A DNA stretch of 64,000 bases from an uncultured bacterium (GTDB lineage Bacteria; Patescibacteriota; Minisyncoccia; Phycocordibacterales; UBA11359): positions 7,244 through 71,243 of the forward strand of contig CAIKZC010000002.1 of NCBI GenBank assembly GCA_903831815.1. The letters run 5' to 3'. The notes beneath the pieces are model-generated. The model made no database searches and was not told the origin of the DNA. It saw only the letters and a list, made by a program, of their open reading frames with translations. Positions 9,096 through 18,152 of this stretch are shown here, one piece after another (the first letter of the stretch is position 1; each line of letters opens with the position of its first letter). The translations under genes were made by a program, and so were the position numbers.

Positions 9096-10139
9096 ATGGC
9101 AAAATTTGGAAAAGAAAAAGCTCCCCCAAAAGAAAGTAACGCAAGCATTAAAGATACGTTGGACGCGATTCGCACAAAGTTCGGTGATGAGTCTATTATG
9201 ATGCTTGGCGAAAAACCAAGAGTTGATATCAACGCCATCTCTACCGGTTCAATTGGACTAGATGCCGCACTTGGTGTTGGCGGACTCCCCCGCGGTCGTA
9301 TCATCGAAATTTTTGGACCAGAGTCATCTGGTAAAACAACTTTGGCTTTGCATGTCATCGCCGAAGCCCAGAAAAAAGGTGGTATCTGCGCCTTTATTGA
9401 TGCTGAGCATGCTATGGATCCTGTTTACGCCGGAAACTTAGGCGTAAAAATTGGAGAATTACTTTTGTCACAACCAGATACAGGTGAACAAGGTTTAGAG
9501 ATTTGTGAATCATTAGTCCGTAGCGGCAAGCTTGACGTGATTGTTATCGACTCTGTCGCAGCGCTGACTCCAAAGGATGAAATTGAAGGAGATATGGGTG
9601 CACAGCACGTCGGCAAGCAAGCTCGACTTATGTCGCAAGCTTTGCGTAAATTGACCGCTATTGTCGCCCGCTCAAAAACTATTGTTATCTTCATCAACCA
9701 GATTCGTATGCAAATTGGTGTGATGTTCGGTAATCCGGAAACAACTCCTGGCGGAAAGGCTCTCAAGTTTTACACTTCCGTTCGTTTGGATATCCGTCGC
9801 ATCGCTCAAATTAAAAAAGGTGAAGAAGTTGTGGGTGGACGTTGCCGCGTGAAGGTTGTAAAGAACAAAGTCGCTGCCCCATTCCGTCAGACCGAATTTG
9901 ATTTGATTTACAACGAAGGTATTTCCAAGGAAGGTGAAATTATCGCCCTCGGTGAGAAAATGGGCTTGATTAAAAAAACTGGTATCAGTTATGCCTATGG
10001 TGATGAGAAATTGGGACGAGGCTATGATGCTACTCGTACGTTTTTGAAAGAAAATACCAAAGTTTCGGACAAGATTCTGAAAGAGATTCGTGAACAACTG
10101 GCTAAAGGAGATGTGAAAATGGAAAGTGGTGGAGAGTAA
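9096..10139 (+). CDS. recA: recombinase RecA
   Basis: [12 protein letters not shown] Walker A. Full-length match to the RecA pattern ([14 protein letters not shown]..., [10 protein letters not shown]..., [11 protein letters not shown]...). Confidence 0.95.
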   Translation: MAKFGKEKAPPKESNASIKDTLDAIRTKFGDESIMMLGEKPRVDINAISTGSIGLDAALGVGGLPRGRIIEIFGPESSGKTTLALHVIAEAQKKGGICAFIDAEHAMDPVYAGNLGVKIGELLLSQPDTGEQGLEICESLVRSGKLDVIVIDSVAALTPKDEIEGDMGAQHVGKQARLMSQALRKLTAIVARSKTIVIFINQIRMQIGVMFGNPETTPGGKALKFYTSVRLDIRRIAQIKKGEEVVGGRCRVKVVKNKVAAPFRQTEFDLIYNEGISKEGEIIALGEKMGLIKKTGISYAYGDEKLGRGYDATRTFLKENTKVSDKILKEIREQLAKGDVKMESGGE

Positions 10140-10150
10140 ATAAATCGCTA

Positions 10151-10247
10151 CAAACAGGCAGTCCTGAGGGCACAGGTAAATTTCCTGCTGGAAATTTCCT
10201 TCACACTCGCGCCGTCGCGCTCCGTGAGTCCCTCAGGACTGCCTGTT
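10151..10247 (+). repeat. structured palindromic repeat element, copy A (about 100 nt; 68-nt conserved core with two internal hairpins; outer 19-bp stem)
   Basis: AAACAGGCAGTCCTGAGGG-[core GGGCACAGGTAAATTTCCTGCTGGAAATTTCCTTCACACTCGCGCCGTCGCGCTCCGTGAGTCCCTC]-AGGACTGCCTGTTT then TTTCGCTTT. Lies 12 nt after the recA stop, same orientation as recA. Four related copies elsewhere in the window. Confidence 0.8.
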
Positions 10248-10585
10248 TTTCGCTTTACCTCCTCTTCACTTGCATTTGCGAATCATCTGAGTAGTATGAT
10301 AAACAGAAATGATTGTTCTAATACCCTCTAACCTTGGGAGACTTATCCATGAGAACTTCAGTGTGGCCCGATTGGTTTCATCATCACGGAACCAAAGTCC
10401 GCGTCAAAGACGGATGCTCTCCAAATCTACTCATTCTGGAAAGTAGCGCCGGAAGTCTGGTGATACGGCGAAAGAGCGACAACAAATGGACTGTGGACTG
10501 GTAAGTCAGCCAATCCGAGGAAACAGGTGAATTTTCGACCGGAAGACGAATCTTCACGTCAGATGAACTTCGGATTGCCTTTGGA

Positions 10586-10789
10586 TTGAAGGAAACTGGG
10601 ACGCCCTCTGATAGTCCCTCTTTCTTTGACAAGTGGGACTGCGACCGCGCGTTCCAGGGGAAATTCGTCGCAAAAGCTCAGTATCTAAACATTCCGGAGG
10701 GCGGCTCCGGTTTTGATGGAAACCCCAACATATCCATTGAAATCGATGATGCTATCCGTGATGCGGTGAGGAACATTGTGGAATACTGA
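10586..10789 (+). CDS. hypothetical small protein (TTG start), weak call
   Basis: 67-aa ORF followed by a terminator-like hairpin. It is in frame with an upstream 51-aa ORF (10349..10501) across a single TAA. No recognisable domain. Confidence 0.25.
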   Translation: MKETGTPSDSPSFFDKWDCDRAFQGKFVAKAQYLNIPEGGSGFDGNPNISIEIDDAIRDAVRNIVEY

Positions 10790-10813
10790 GTTTTTCCAAC
10801 ACCTATCGAACCT

Positions 10814-10854
10814 AGCCGACCCAATTACGGGCCGGCTTCTTTTTTTGTTTTTTC
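10814..10854 (+). terminator. rho-independent terminator-like hairpin
   Basis: AGCCGACCC-AATTAC-GGGCCGGCT followed by TCTTTTTTTTGTTTTTT. Confidence 0.5.
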
Positions 10855-10910
10855 TAGTAGACAAATCCCCTATTTTGCCCTAGAATGGCCTTACATTAAC
10901 CAAAAATATC

Positions 10911-11483
10911 ATGCTTGAATACAACGAAATCACCGTTCACAAGTACATTATCTACGAGGATCAGCCATTTGAAGTAATGGATTCTCACGTTTTCCGCAAA
11001 CAACAGCGCAAGCCGGTCAATGCCGTCAAAATGCGTAATATGATCAGTGGCAACATGAAAGAAGTTTCTTTCCACGTTACTGATAAAGTAGAGGCAGCTG
11101 AGCTTTCAAAGCGCGATATTAAGTATCTCTATACCAACCGAGGCGAGATTTGGTTCTGCGAAATCAACGATCCTTCAAAGCGTTTTCAACTTTCAACCGA
11201 GCTTGTTGGTGACAGAATTAAATTCATGAAGCCAAATTCCCTTCTAAACGTTCTAATTTTTGAAGAAGGAATCATTGGTGTGGAAATGCCAATCAAAGTC
11301 GACCTCAAAGTCACCGATGCTCCTCACGCCGTTCGAGGTGATACATCAAAAGGAGGAAACAAACAGATAACACTCGAAACTGGCGCAATTATCAACGGTC
11401 CAATGTTCATTAACGAAGGTGATGTTGTCCGCATCAACACCGAAACCGGCGAATACACCGAACGTGTCGGCGGAAAATTTTAA
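10911..11483 (+). CDS. efp: elongation factor P
   Basis: 190 aa. N-terminal KOW-like region plus two OB domains. ...GGNKQITLETGAIINGPMFINEGDVVRINTETGEY matches the EF-P C-terminus. Confidence 0.85.
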   Translation: MLEYNEITVHKYIIYEDQPFEVMDSHVFRKQQRKPVNAVKMRNMISGNMKEVSFHVTDKVEAAELSKRDIKYLYTNRGEIWFCEINDPSKRFQLSTELVGDRIKFMKPNSLLNVLIFEEGIIGVEMPIKVDLKVTDAPHAVRGDTSKGGNKQITLETGAIINGPMFINEGDVVRINTETGEYTERVGGKF

Positions 11484-11540
11484 TTGACTTCTTTTTTGAA
11501 AGGAATATAATCATATTTGATTATGGGCTTCGGCCTCCGA

Positions 11541-11565
11541 GAAACCACGTTAAAAGCGTGGTTTC
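11541..11565 (+). terminator. hairpin after efp (weak terminator)
   Basis: GAAACCACG-TTAAAAG-CGTGGTTTC. The downstream U-tract is poor. Confidence 0.3.
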
Positions 11566-11648
11566 GTTGTATCTACAAACAATTCTTTACACTTGATTAA
11601 CAGCGTAAATTCTAAAATTATGAAATTTGAGAAACTTTATTCCTATTT

Positions 11649-11859
11649 TTATTTTTTTTCGTAAAGCCAACCAACAAAAATACCTAAAAAAACTAATATC
11701 ACAAGAAGCCATAAAGAAATCGGAATCTCTATTCCACAAAGACCACCTCTGTAACCAGAATTCGAACATTTAAAAAAACTATGGAGTAATAAACCGATGG
11801 GGAAAAAACTAACAATCAAACCGACTGCCCCTCCCCTCAACCAATATCTTTTTGTTTTC
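11649..11859 (-). CDS. small two-TM membrane protein (hypothetical)
   Basis: Internal Met of the 126-aa track ORF: MKTKRYWLRGGAVGLIVSFFPIGLLLHSFFKCSNSGYRGGLCGIEIPISLWLLVILVFLGIFVGWLYEKK. The upstream part of the track ORF is occupied by repeat element B, so it was trimmed. Confidence 0.35.
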
Positions 11860-11914
11860 ATGGGTTTATAATAACACACTGTTTGATGATTTGTTGTGCA
11901 CATCTTTTGCGGAC

Positions 11915-12010
11915 GAGAGTGCCTATGCAGGGACTCACGGAGCGCGACTGGCGCGAGTGTGAAGGCAATTTTCAGCAGAAAATTGACCTGTGCCCTGCAT
12001 AGGCACTCTT
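11915..12010 (-). repeat. structured palindromic repeat element, copy B (reverse orientation, downstream of rpsR)
   Basis: Outer 17-bp perfect stem AGAGTGCCTATGCAGGG / CCCTGCATAGGCACTCT. Core is about 90% identical to copy A. Hairpin 1 is changed to CAATTTTC-TGCT-GAAAATTG, compensatory relative to A's AAATTTCC-TGCT-GGAAATTT. Confidence 0.8.
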
Positions 12011-12028
12011 GGTAGCAAAAGTAATACA

Positions 12029-12057
12029 CAAAAAAACCACCGAGCGGTGGTTTTTTT
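12029..12057 (-). terminator. bidirectional rho-independent terminator downstream of rpsR
   Basis: AAAAAAACCACCG-AGC-GGTGGTTTTTTT. Confidence 0.7.
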
Positions 12058-12070
12058 GTTAATTCGCAAA

Positions 12071-12271
12071 TTATCGAACCACAAACGGCATCAAGCCCAA
12101 GAATCTCGCCCGCTTCAAAGCATTAGCGAGTTGTCGCTGATGATTGGCTGAAACACCCGTACGCTTGCGCGCAATAAGACGACCATGTGGGTTAACAAAT
12201 TTCTTGATAACCTCAATGTCCTTGTAATCAATATATGCAACTTTGTTTTGTGATAGGAAATTTTGCTTCAT
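12071..12271 (-). CDS. rpsR: 30S ribosomal protein S18
   Basis: 66 aa. ...YIDYKDIEVIKKFVNPHGRLIARKRTGVSANHQRQLANALKRARFLGLMPF is the bS18 signature. Confidence 0.9.
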   Translation of the reverse strand: MKQNFLSQNKVAYIDYKDIEVIKKFVNPHGRLIARKRTGVSANHQRQLANALKRARFLGLMPFVVR

Positions 12272-12276
12272 AAAGT

Positions 12277-12765
12277 TTAAAATGGAATATCTTCTGCGTT
12301 AATTTCTTCTTCTGGATACTCGATCGCACCCCCTACATCCGCCCCTGCGTCCTTGGCAGCACCTGCTGCACCTTTGCCCCCCTTTTCTGTCTTACTTGCT
12401 GGGGCTCCCGTACTTGCTCCTACCGCACCACCTTCTCGACGAGGACCAAACTGGACTCTGTCAGCCACGATTTCCGTGCGATACTTCTTTTCGCCTGATG
12501 TTTTGTCATCCCAAGAACGTGTTTGCATGCGACCTTCAACCAAAACTGATGCTCCTTTTTTCAAATATTGTGCTGCGGTTTCTGCTTGGCGACCAAATAC
12601 TACGACGTTGTGATAATCTGTACTCTCCTGCTTTGCTCCGTTCTTGTCTTTCCAAACTCGATTGGTAGCAACAGCGAAACTTGTGACTTGAATCCCCGAA
12701 GGCAAAGCCTTCATTTCTGGGTCTCGTGTTAAGTTTCCGATGACGATTGCTTTGTTAAAATACAT
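12277..12765 (-). CDS. ssb: single-stranded DNA-binding protein
   Basis: OB-fold MYFNKAIVIGNLTRDPEMKALPSGIQVTSFAVATNRVWKDKNG... Gly-rich linker. Acidic tail ending DIPF. Confidence 0.9.
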   Translation of the reverse strand: MYFNKAIVIGNLTRDPEMKALPSGIQVTSFAVATNRVWKDKNGAKQESTDYHNVVVFGRQAETAAQYLKKGASVLVEGRMQTRSWDDKTSGEKKYRTEIVADRVQFGPRREGGAVGASTGAPASKTEKGGKGAAGAAKDAGADVGGAIEYPEEEINAEDIPF

Positions 12766-12774
12766 ACGATTTGA

Positions 12775-13248
12775 TTAAGCAACAGTTAGATCGCTGACAG
12801 TCTTGTCGATAGACTTATCCATATCTTCTGTTGAAACTGGATGTTTTGCACCGCCTTCTGCCATATTTTTGTCAGAAGTTTCGATATCCAATTTGCTCGA
12901 GAGCAAAGTATGCTCACGAACAGTGTTAATAAGGAGGAGGCGTAAGATAGACTCGACTTCTTTCACCTCTTTTTCAATGAGACGCACCTCGACAGGAGCG
13001 GCTTCAAACTTGATCCAACCAAAATAGGCGCTGTCGAAACGTCGGTTTACTGTCCCGATTTTTTTAACCATAGTATAAGCCAAAGAACGAAGTGATGCTG
13101 TCTCGTCAGACAAAACTGTCGCTTTATGCTTGCTGAGAACGTCCTTTATAGTACTAATTTCCGCAGCAATTTTTTCTGCTGGAATTGAAGGCACTATTAA
13201 ATAGCCAATCTCATATACTTTTACGTCTCGTTCCGCTGTTTTTTCCAT
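12775..13248 (-). CDS. rpsF: 30S ribosomal protein S6 (with C-terminal extension)
   Basis: First gene of the conserved rpsF-ssb-rpsR arrangement. N-terminal 100 aa fit the bS6 fold pattern (YEIGYLIVPSIPAEK...). Confidence 0.75.
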   Translation of the reverse strand: MEKTAERDVKVYEIGYLIVPSIPAEKIAAEISTIKDVLSKHKATVLSDETASLRSLAYTMVKKIGTVNRRFDSAYFGWIKFEAAPVEVRLIEKEVKEVESILRLLLINTVREHTLLSSKLDIETSDKNMAEGGAKHPVSTEDMDKSIDKTVSDLTVA

Positions 13249-13305
13249 AAATTACAGCCTATCACAGGCCTTTTGGTTATGCAATAGTTATAGCAAATTA
13301 GGGTT

Positions 13306-13341
13306 AAAATATTTATAAAAAAATTATAAAGAAATTCTAAA
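13306..13341 (-). promoter_or_regulatory. shared AT-rich promoter-like motif, copy 2, upstream of rpsF-ssb-rpsR
   Basis: TAAAATATTTATAAAAAAATTATAAAGAAATTCTAAA, 34/37 identical to copy 1. 58 nt upstream of the rpsF ATG. Overlaps the 3' end of tatD. Confidence 0.5.
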
Positions 13342-14145
13342 GATTTTTAGAGCGTTATTTACAAGATTTTTTTTCATTTCTTCTGTTGAAATACCCTTTA
13401 TTTGAGCCATTTTTTCGACTACTTGTTCAACATAGGACGGTTCGTTGCGTTCACCTCGATGTGGAATTGGAGCCACAAACGGCGCATCAGTCTCACTCAT
13501 AATCATATCAAGCGGAGCGTATTTTACCGCTTCATCATAGGCTTTTACAAAAGTTATGACGCCGGTAAACGATACGGAAAAACCAAGATTCAGGTATTTT
13601 TGCTCAATTTCTGTTGTCCCCGTGAAAAAGTGGGCATTACCCCGCAATTTTTCGCCGTATATTTTCTTTTTTGCCGCTAAAATATCCAAAACATCTTCGT
13701 GAGCATTGCGCACATGCAACATCATCGGTTTGTCATACTTCGCCGCAAAGTCGATTTGTTTTTCAAAATCTTTTTTCTGGCGAATTTTATCTGCTTCGGT
13801 AATTGTGTCGCTCGGAATATTAGGATCATTTTTCGATCGACCGTAATCCAAACCACACTCACCTATCGCTACCACTTTTGGATGCACGACCAGTTTTGCA
13901 AACCCCTCTTCATTAAAAGTTTGTGTCGACACATCATCAGGACCATCGTGTGGATGAAGCCCGATAGCTGTATAAACATTTTTATGTTTCTCGGCAATTT
14001 CAATCTCTTTTTTTGAAGTTTCCAAATTTACGCCGACACTAATCGTCCAAACTCCCCTTTCCAACATACGAGCAATAACCTCCTCACGATCCTTGTCGTA
14101 GTCGGGAAAATGCAAATGTGAATGGATATCAAAAAATTCAGGCAT
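13324..14145 (-). CDS. tatD: TatD-family metal-dependent DNase/hydrolase
   Basis: FDIHSHLHF start motif, conserved His/Asp/Glu positions, 273 aa. Confidence 0.8.
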   Translation of the reverse strand: MPEFFDIHSHLHFPDYDKDREEVIARMLERGVWTISVGVNLETSKKEIEIAEKHKNVYTAIGLHPHDGPDDVSTQTFNEEGFAKLVVHPKVVAIGECGLDYGRSKNDPNIPSDTITEADKIRQKKDFEKQIDFAAKYDKPMMLHVRNAHEDVLDILAAKKKIYGEKLRGNAHFFTGTTEIEQKYLNLGFSVSFTGVITFVKAYDEAVKYAPLDMIMSETDAPFVAPIPHRGERNEPSYVEQVVEKMAQIKGISTEEMKKNLVNNALKIFRISL

Positions 14146-14161
14146 GATAGAGGTTCCGCCG

Positions 14162-15622
14162 TTAATCTTTTCGCATAAAGAGAGGTTTTTCGGGCATCGA
14201 GTTGTTTTTTATGATGTCTTTGATTTTTTCGGAAGTTTCCGGAAGTAACGGAGCCAACATGCAAGCGACATTGTAGAGACGAACAGCTAATTCAGAAATT
14301 ATTTCAATCGCTTTTTCTTTGTCAGTTTTGATTAATTTAAAGGGAGCAGTTGTCTGAATCATTGTGTCCAACTCCCCAATTTCGGCCCACACAATATCTG
14401 CCGCTTTTTTAAGATCGAAACTTTCGATTGCGTCTTTATAATTTTGTGGAATGTTATTTTCAGGAATTTTTATAGGCTCGACGAGATTAGTCGAAGCCAT
14501 TTTCATGACACGACTCACTAAGTTACCGAGACCGTTGGCTAAATTGGCGTTGTACGACAGTTTAAATTGCTCGAGAGTAAATGGTGAGTCTTCGAAAGGT
14601 TGCAATTCGCGCAAAACGAAATAGCGCAAGGCATCAATACCGTATTCAGAGACGATATCGCGAGGATCAACCACATTACCGAGACTCTTGCTCATTTTGA
14701 CGCCGCCGGCCCCCGTCACGAAGCCGTCGACTACGATAGTGTGCGTCGGCGGGAGGCCGGCGGAAACTAGCATTGCCTGCCACATAGCCGATTGCTGTCG
14801 CAAATTATCTTTGCCGCAGTATTGCACCGGTGTGCCACTGACCCAAAACTTTTCGAATTGCTCCTTATTTTCCGGCCAACCTAAAGTAGTAATATAGTTA
14901 GTCAAAGCATCAAACCACACATACATCACCTGTTTGTCGTCTCCCGGCACCGGCACGCCCCAAGGCATTTTGCTGGCTAAACGCGAAATACTGAAATCCT
15001 CCAAACCGCGTTCGACAAAAGCCCGTATCTCACGCAAACGGTTATCCGGCACAACCATTTTTGGATTCGCTACATACAAATCAAGTAATGCTTTTTGATA
15101 TTTGGAAAAACGAAAAAAATAATTTTCTTCGTCAATAAGTTCAATCGTTAGATTTGGGTGAAGCGGACATTTGCCATCAACAAGTTCCGAATCCGTTTTT
15201 TCCAACTCACAACCGACACAGTATTTTATTTTATAGGTTTTTTTGTAGATATCGCCGGCTTTTTCGCAAAGTTTCCAAAACTCCTGCGCCGCTTTTATAT
15301 GATGAGCATCCGTCGTTCGTACAATATGTATATCCGAAGTCATACCAACCTCTTTTATAAACTTCTGAAAGTTTGGAGCGAAGCCGTCAACGTACTTTTG
15401 CGGCTCTATCCCCTGCTCAGCTGCTTTCTTAAAAATTTTCAAACCATGCTCATCAGTTCCGGTATTAAAAAACACTTCATATCCCATCAGCTTTTTATAT
15501 CGCGCAATGACGTCGGCGCGAACAAACTCCAATGCGTGCCCCAAATGCAGATCAGCGTTCACGTACGGCAACGTTGTTGTAATATAAAAGTTATTGGAGT
15601 GACTCTCGTTTTTCATAGGCAA
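14162..15622 (-). CDS. metG: methionyl-tRNA synthetase (catalytic core only, no C-terminal tRNA-binding domain)
   Basis: HIGH motif LPYVNADLHLGH, KMSKS motif KMSKSLGNVV, Cys-containing CP knuckle. 486 aa ending just after the anticodon-binding helices. Confidence 0.85.
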   Translation of the reverse strand: MPMKNESHSNNFYITTTLPYVNADLHLGHALEFVRADVIARYKKLMGYEVFFNTGTDEHGLKIFKKAAEQGIEPQKYVDGFAPNFQKFIKEVGMTSDIHIVRTTDAHHIKAAQEFWKLCEKAGDIYKKTYKIKYCVGCELEKTDSELVDGKCPLHPNLTIELIDEENYFFRFSKYQKALLDLYVANPKMVVPDNRLREIRAFVERGLEDFSISRLASKMPWGVPVPGDDKQVMYVWFDALTNYITTLGWPENKEQFEKFWVSGTPVQYCGKDNLRQQSAMWQAMLVSAGLPPTHTIVVDGFVTGAGGVKMSKSLGNVVDPRDIVSEYGIDALRYFVLRELQPFEDSPFTLEQFKLSYNANLANGLGNLVSRVMKMASTNLVEPIKIPENNIPQNYKDAIESFDLKKAADIVWAEIGELDTMIQTTAPFKLIKTDKEKAIEIISELAVRLYNVACMLAPLLPETSEKIKDIIKNNSMPEKPLFMRKD

Positions 15623-15637
15623 AATTTTATGACTAAA

Positions 15638-16750
15638 TTATAGTACGACGTGTGATTCCGCAACTTGTGCTTGAACAGCTTCTTTGGCGGCCGGATTTTT
15701 GCCACGCTCAACGTCGCGCAAATATTCCATACCAATAGTCGCAAGAGGCACCGATATGACAAGGCCCAAAAATCCGGCCAGCTCATACCCGGCAATAAGA
15801 GAAATAATCACAATAATCGGATTGATTCCAACAATTTTGCGAACAACTAAAGGATAAATCAATTGATTTTCCAGTTGATGAATCAACAAATACATACCGG
15901 CGACAATAAGCGCCAAAGTAAAACCGCTATCAAGATACGAAAAGATCACCGCCGGGATAGCACCAATTATAGGCCCAAAAAGCGGTATAAATTCGCAAAT
16001 AGCGATGAACAAACTCAAAATTAATGCATCTTTAATTCCGAGTAAAGTTAGACCTAGATATGTGAGCAATCCGACAATAATGCTTAGCAACAATTGTCCT
16101 TGCATCCACTGACCTATTTTTCTTTGCGAACGTTTCCAAAGATCAAGTACGTATGGCTCATGTCGCACCGGCGCAATTATTTTCAAGAAATTACCGACTC
16201 CATCACGTTGAACTGACAAATAAAATGACAAAACAAATATGACGATGAAACTGACAACTCCTCCGACAAGAGATGAAGCTGCGTTGATAAATCCGCCGGA
16301 AATGGATGAAAATGAGTTACTGAAAGCGGCAACAGCATCTTTAAAAGACAAAGCTCCGGTCAAAGCTTCAACAAAAGGTTTCCATGTCAGTACTCCAAAC
16401 TGGTTGCTTGTATTATTGATAGCGGTGTATTTTTGAAGTGAATCGAACAAAGTCAAAACTTCCTGAAAAAGTTTCGGTAAAACGAAATAGAAAATTCCGA
16501 CAACTACTAGCGCGCTTACGAGATAAACAAAAAGAACCGCCAGCAATCGAGGTATTCTGCGCTGTTCAAACCATGAAGCCGCTGGCTCAATTGCCGATGC
16601 AATTATAACTGCCGTGAGCAAAACGAGAATAAGGTTTTTGAGAATCAGAACGACGGCAAAAAGCACAATGATAAGCAGTGTTCTCACAATGCTATCTGTT
16701 GAAATTGAGAACGTAACTTTATCCTTGTTCATACAAGGCAATAGTAACAC
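15638..16750 (-). CDS. AI-2E family transporter (PerM/UPF0118 membrane protein)
   Basis: 8 predicted TM helices. Conserved family pattern ...LIIVLFAVVLILKNLILVLLTAVIIASAIEP... Confidence 0.65.
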   Translation of the reverse strand: MLLLPCMNKDKVTFSISTDSIVRTLLIIVLFAVVLILKNLILVLLTAVIIASAIEPAASWFEQRRIPRLLAVLFVYLVSALVVVGIFYFVLPKLFQEVLTLFDSLQKYTAINNTSNQFGVLTWKPFVEALTGALSFKDAVAAFSNSFSSISGGFINAASSLVGGVVSFIVIFVLSFYLSVQRDGVGNFLKIIAPVRHEPYVLDLWKRSQRKIGQWMQGQLLLSIIVGLLTYLGLTLLGIKDALILSLFIAICEFIPLFGPIIGAIPAVIFSYLDSGFTLALIVAGMYLLIHQLENQLIYPLVVRKIVGINPIIVIISLIAGYELAGFLGLVISVPLATIGMEYLRDVERGKNPAAKEAVQAQVAESHVVL

Positions 16751-18120
16751 TAAATAGTGATTTTTGAAAGAATGTCCGAAATGGCTACCCTCTCCTGTTT
16801 TCCGCTATCGCGTTCGCGTATAGTGACCATATTATCGGTCAAAGTTTCAAAATCGACGGTGATGCAATATGGTGTACCAATTTCATCCTGTCGTCGATAA
16901 CGTTTACCAATATTACCGTTATCATCAAACATAATTTGAGGAATTTGTTTTTTGATCATATCGTAAACTTCACGAGCTTTTTCAACCAAATTTGGTTTGT
17001 TTTTTAGAAGAGGAAAAACCGCCGCTTTGATTGGAGCAAGATTTGTTGGAAATTTTAGAAAAACACGTTTCTCACCCCCCAATTCATCTTCGGTGTATGC
17101 TTTGGAGATTACAGCAAGAACATGTCTCCCTAAACCAAAAGTTGGCTCAAGAACATGGGGCACAGAACGCGTGTTATCAATCGGATCCAAATAAGATAGA
17201 TCCTTGCCGCTATTTTCAATATGATTTTTAAGGTCAAAATCGGTTCGATATGCCAAACCGGCAATTTCGTCAAATTTCTGCGGATAATTAAAATGAAAAT
17301 CAACTGTTCGTTTTGAATAATGAGCACGATCACCTTCTTCGATTTCGATTTCTTTAATATCTTCTTTGGTGAATCCGAGCAACTCGAACCATTTATGCAT
17401 TTGTTTTAACCAATATTCAAATTGTTCTTTCCATTGTTGTTCTTTAACAAAATATTCAAATTCCATTATCTCAAGCTCACGAACGCGAAATATAAAATCG
17501 CGAGGCGCTATTTCGTTACGGAATGAACGACCGATTTGAGCCATACCAAAAGGAAGTTTTGGATGATATGAATCTAAAATATTTTTGAAATTAACAAACA
17601 TTCCCTGAGCGGTTTCAGGTCTTAAATAAACAGTCGTATCCCCTCCTTCAATAGAACCGACCGAGGTTCTGAACATCATGTTAAATTGTTGTGGTGCAGT
17701 TAAATCATTGCCATCCGGGCTTTTAATTTTCTTTTCAACAATAATTTTACCCATTTCTTCCAAACTCATACCTTTTGGATCAACGCCAGCTTCTTCGAGC
17801 AAATGATCCGCTCGGAATCTTTTTTTGGTCTTTTTGTCTTCAACAAGCGGATCAGAAAAACCTCCAACATGACCGCTGGCTTCCCAGACTCGAGGATTCA
17901 TGAGAATAGCCGAATCAATACCAAACATATCATCACGAGAATCAACAAAAAAACGCCACCAAAGATTTTCTATATTTTTCTTGAGAGCCAAACCAAGAGG
18001 ACCATAGTCCCATGTGCCGGCAAGTCCTCCATATATCTCCGAGCCCTGATAAATAAAACCGCGTCGTTTGCAAAGCGAAACTAGTTTCTCCATGAGTTCA
18101 ATGTCTTTGGTCATATTCAA
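16750..18120 (-). CDS. glyQS: glycyl-tRNA synthetase, dimeric class II (GlyQS type)
   Basis: N-terminus ...RRGFIYQGSEIYGGLAGTWDYGPLG is characteristic of alpha2 GlyRS. Class II motifs and a C-terminal anticodon-binding domain. Stop overlaps the start of the AI-2E gene. Confidence 0.9.
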   Translation of the reverse strand: MNMTKDIELMEKLVSLCKRRGFIYQGSEIYGGLAGTWDYGPLGLALKKNIENLWWRFFVDSRDDMFGIDSAILMNPRVWEASGHVGGFSDPLVEDKKTKKRFRADHLLEEAGVDPKGMSLEEMGKIIVEKKIKSPDGNDLTAPQQFNMMFRTSVGSIEGGDTTVYLRPETAQGMFVNFKNILDSYHPKLPFGMAQIGRSFRNEIAPRDFIFRVRELEIMEFEYFVKEQQWKEQFEYWLKQMHKWFELLGFTKEDIKEIEIEEGDRAHYSKRTVDFHFNYPQKFDEIAGLAYRTDFDLKNHIENSGKDLSYLDPIDNTRSVPHVLEPTFGLGRHVLAVISKAYTEDELGGEKRVFLKFPTNLAPIKAAVFPLLKNKPNLVEKAREVYDMIKKQIPQIMFDDNGNIGKRYRRQDEIGTPYCITVDFETLTDNMVTIRERDSGKQERVAISDILSKITI

Positions 18121-18152
18121 TATCCTAGTACATTTAGAGAGCTAACGCAAAA

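Noticed and set aside
10330-10570. Possible RNase P or SRP RNA in the recA-efp spacer (contains GGAAAGT and CCGGAAG fragments)
   Set aside because: Lacks the contiguous GGAAAGTCCGGGCTCC, AGGGTGAAA or GGTAAGAGCGCACC P4/P10-12 signatures. No SRP domain IV motif.
11860-12029. N-terminal half of the 126-aa track ORF 11649..12029
   Set aside because: It is occupied by repeat element B (a palindrome translating into an arbitrary peptide). Only the C-terminal two-TM part from an internal Met was kept, at low confidence.
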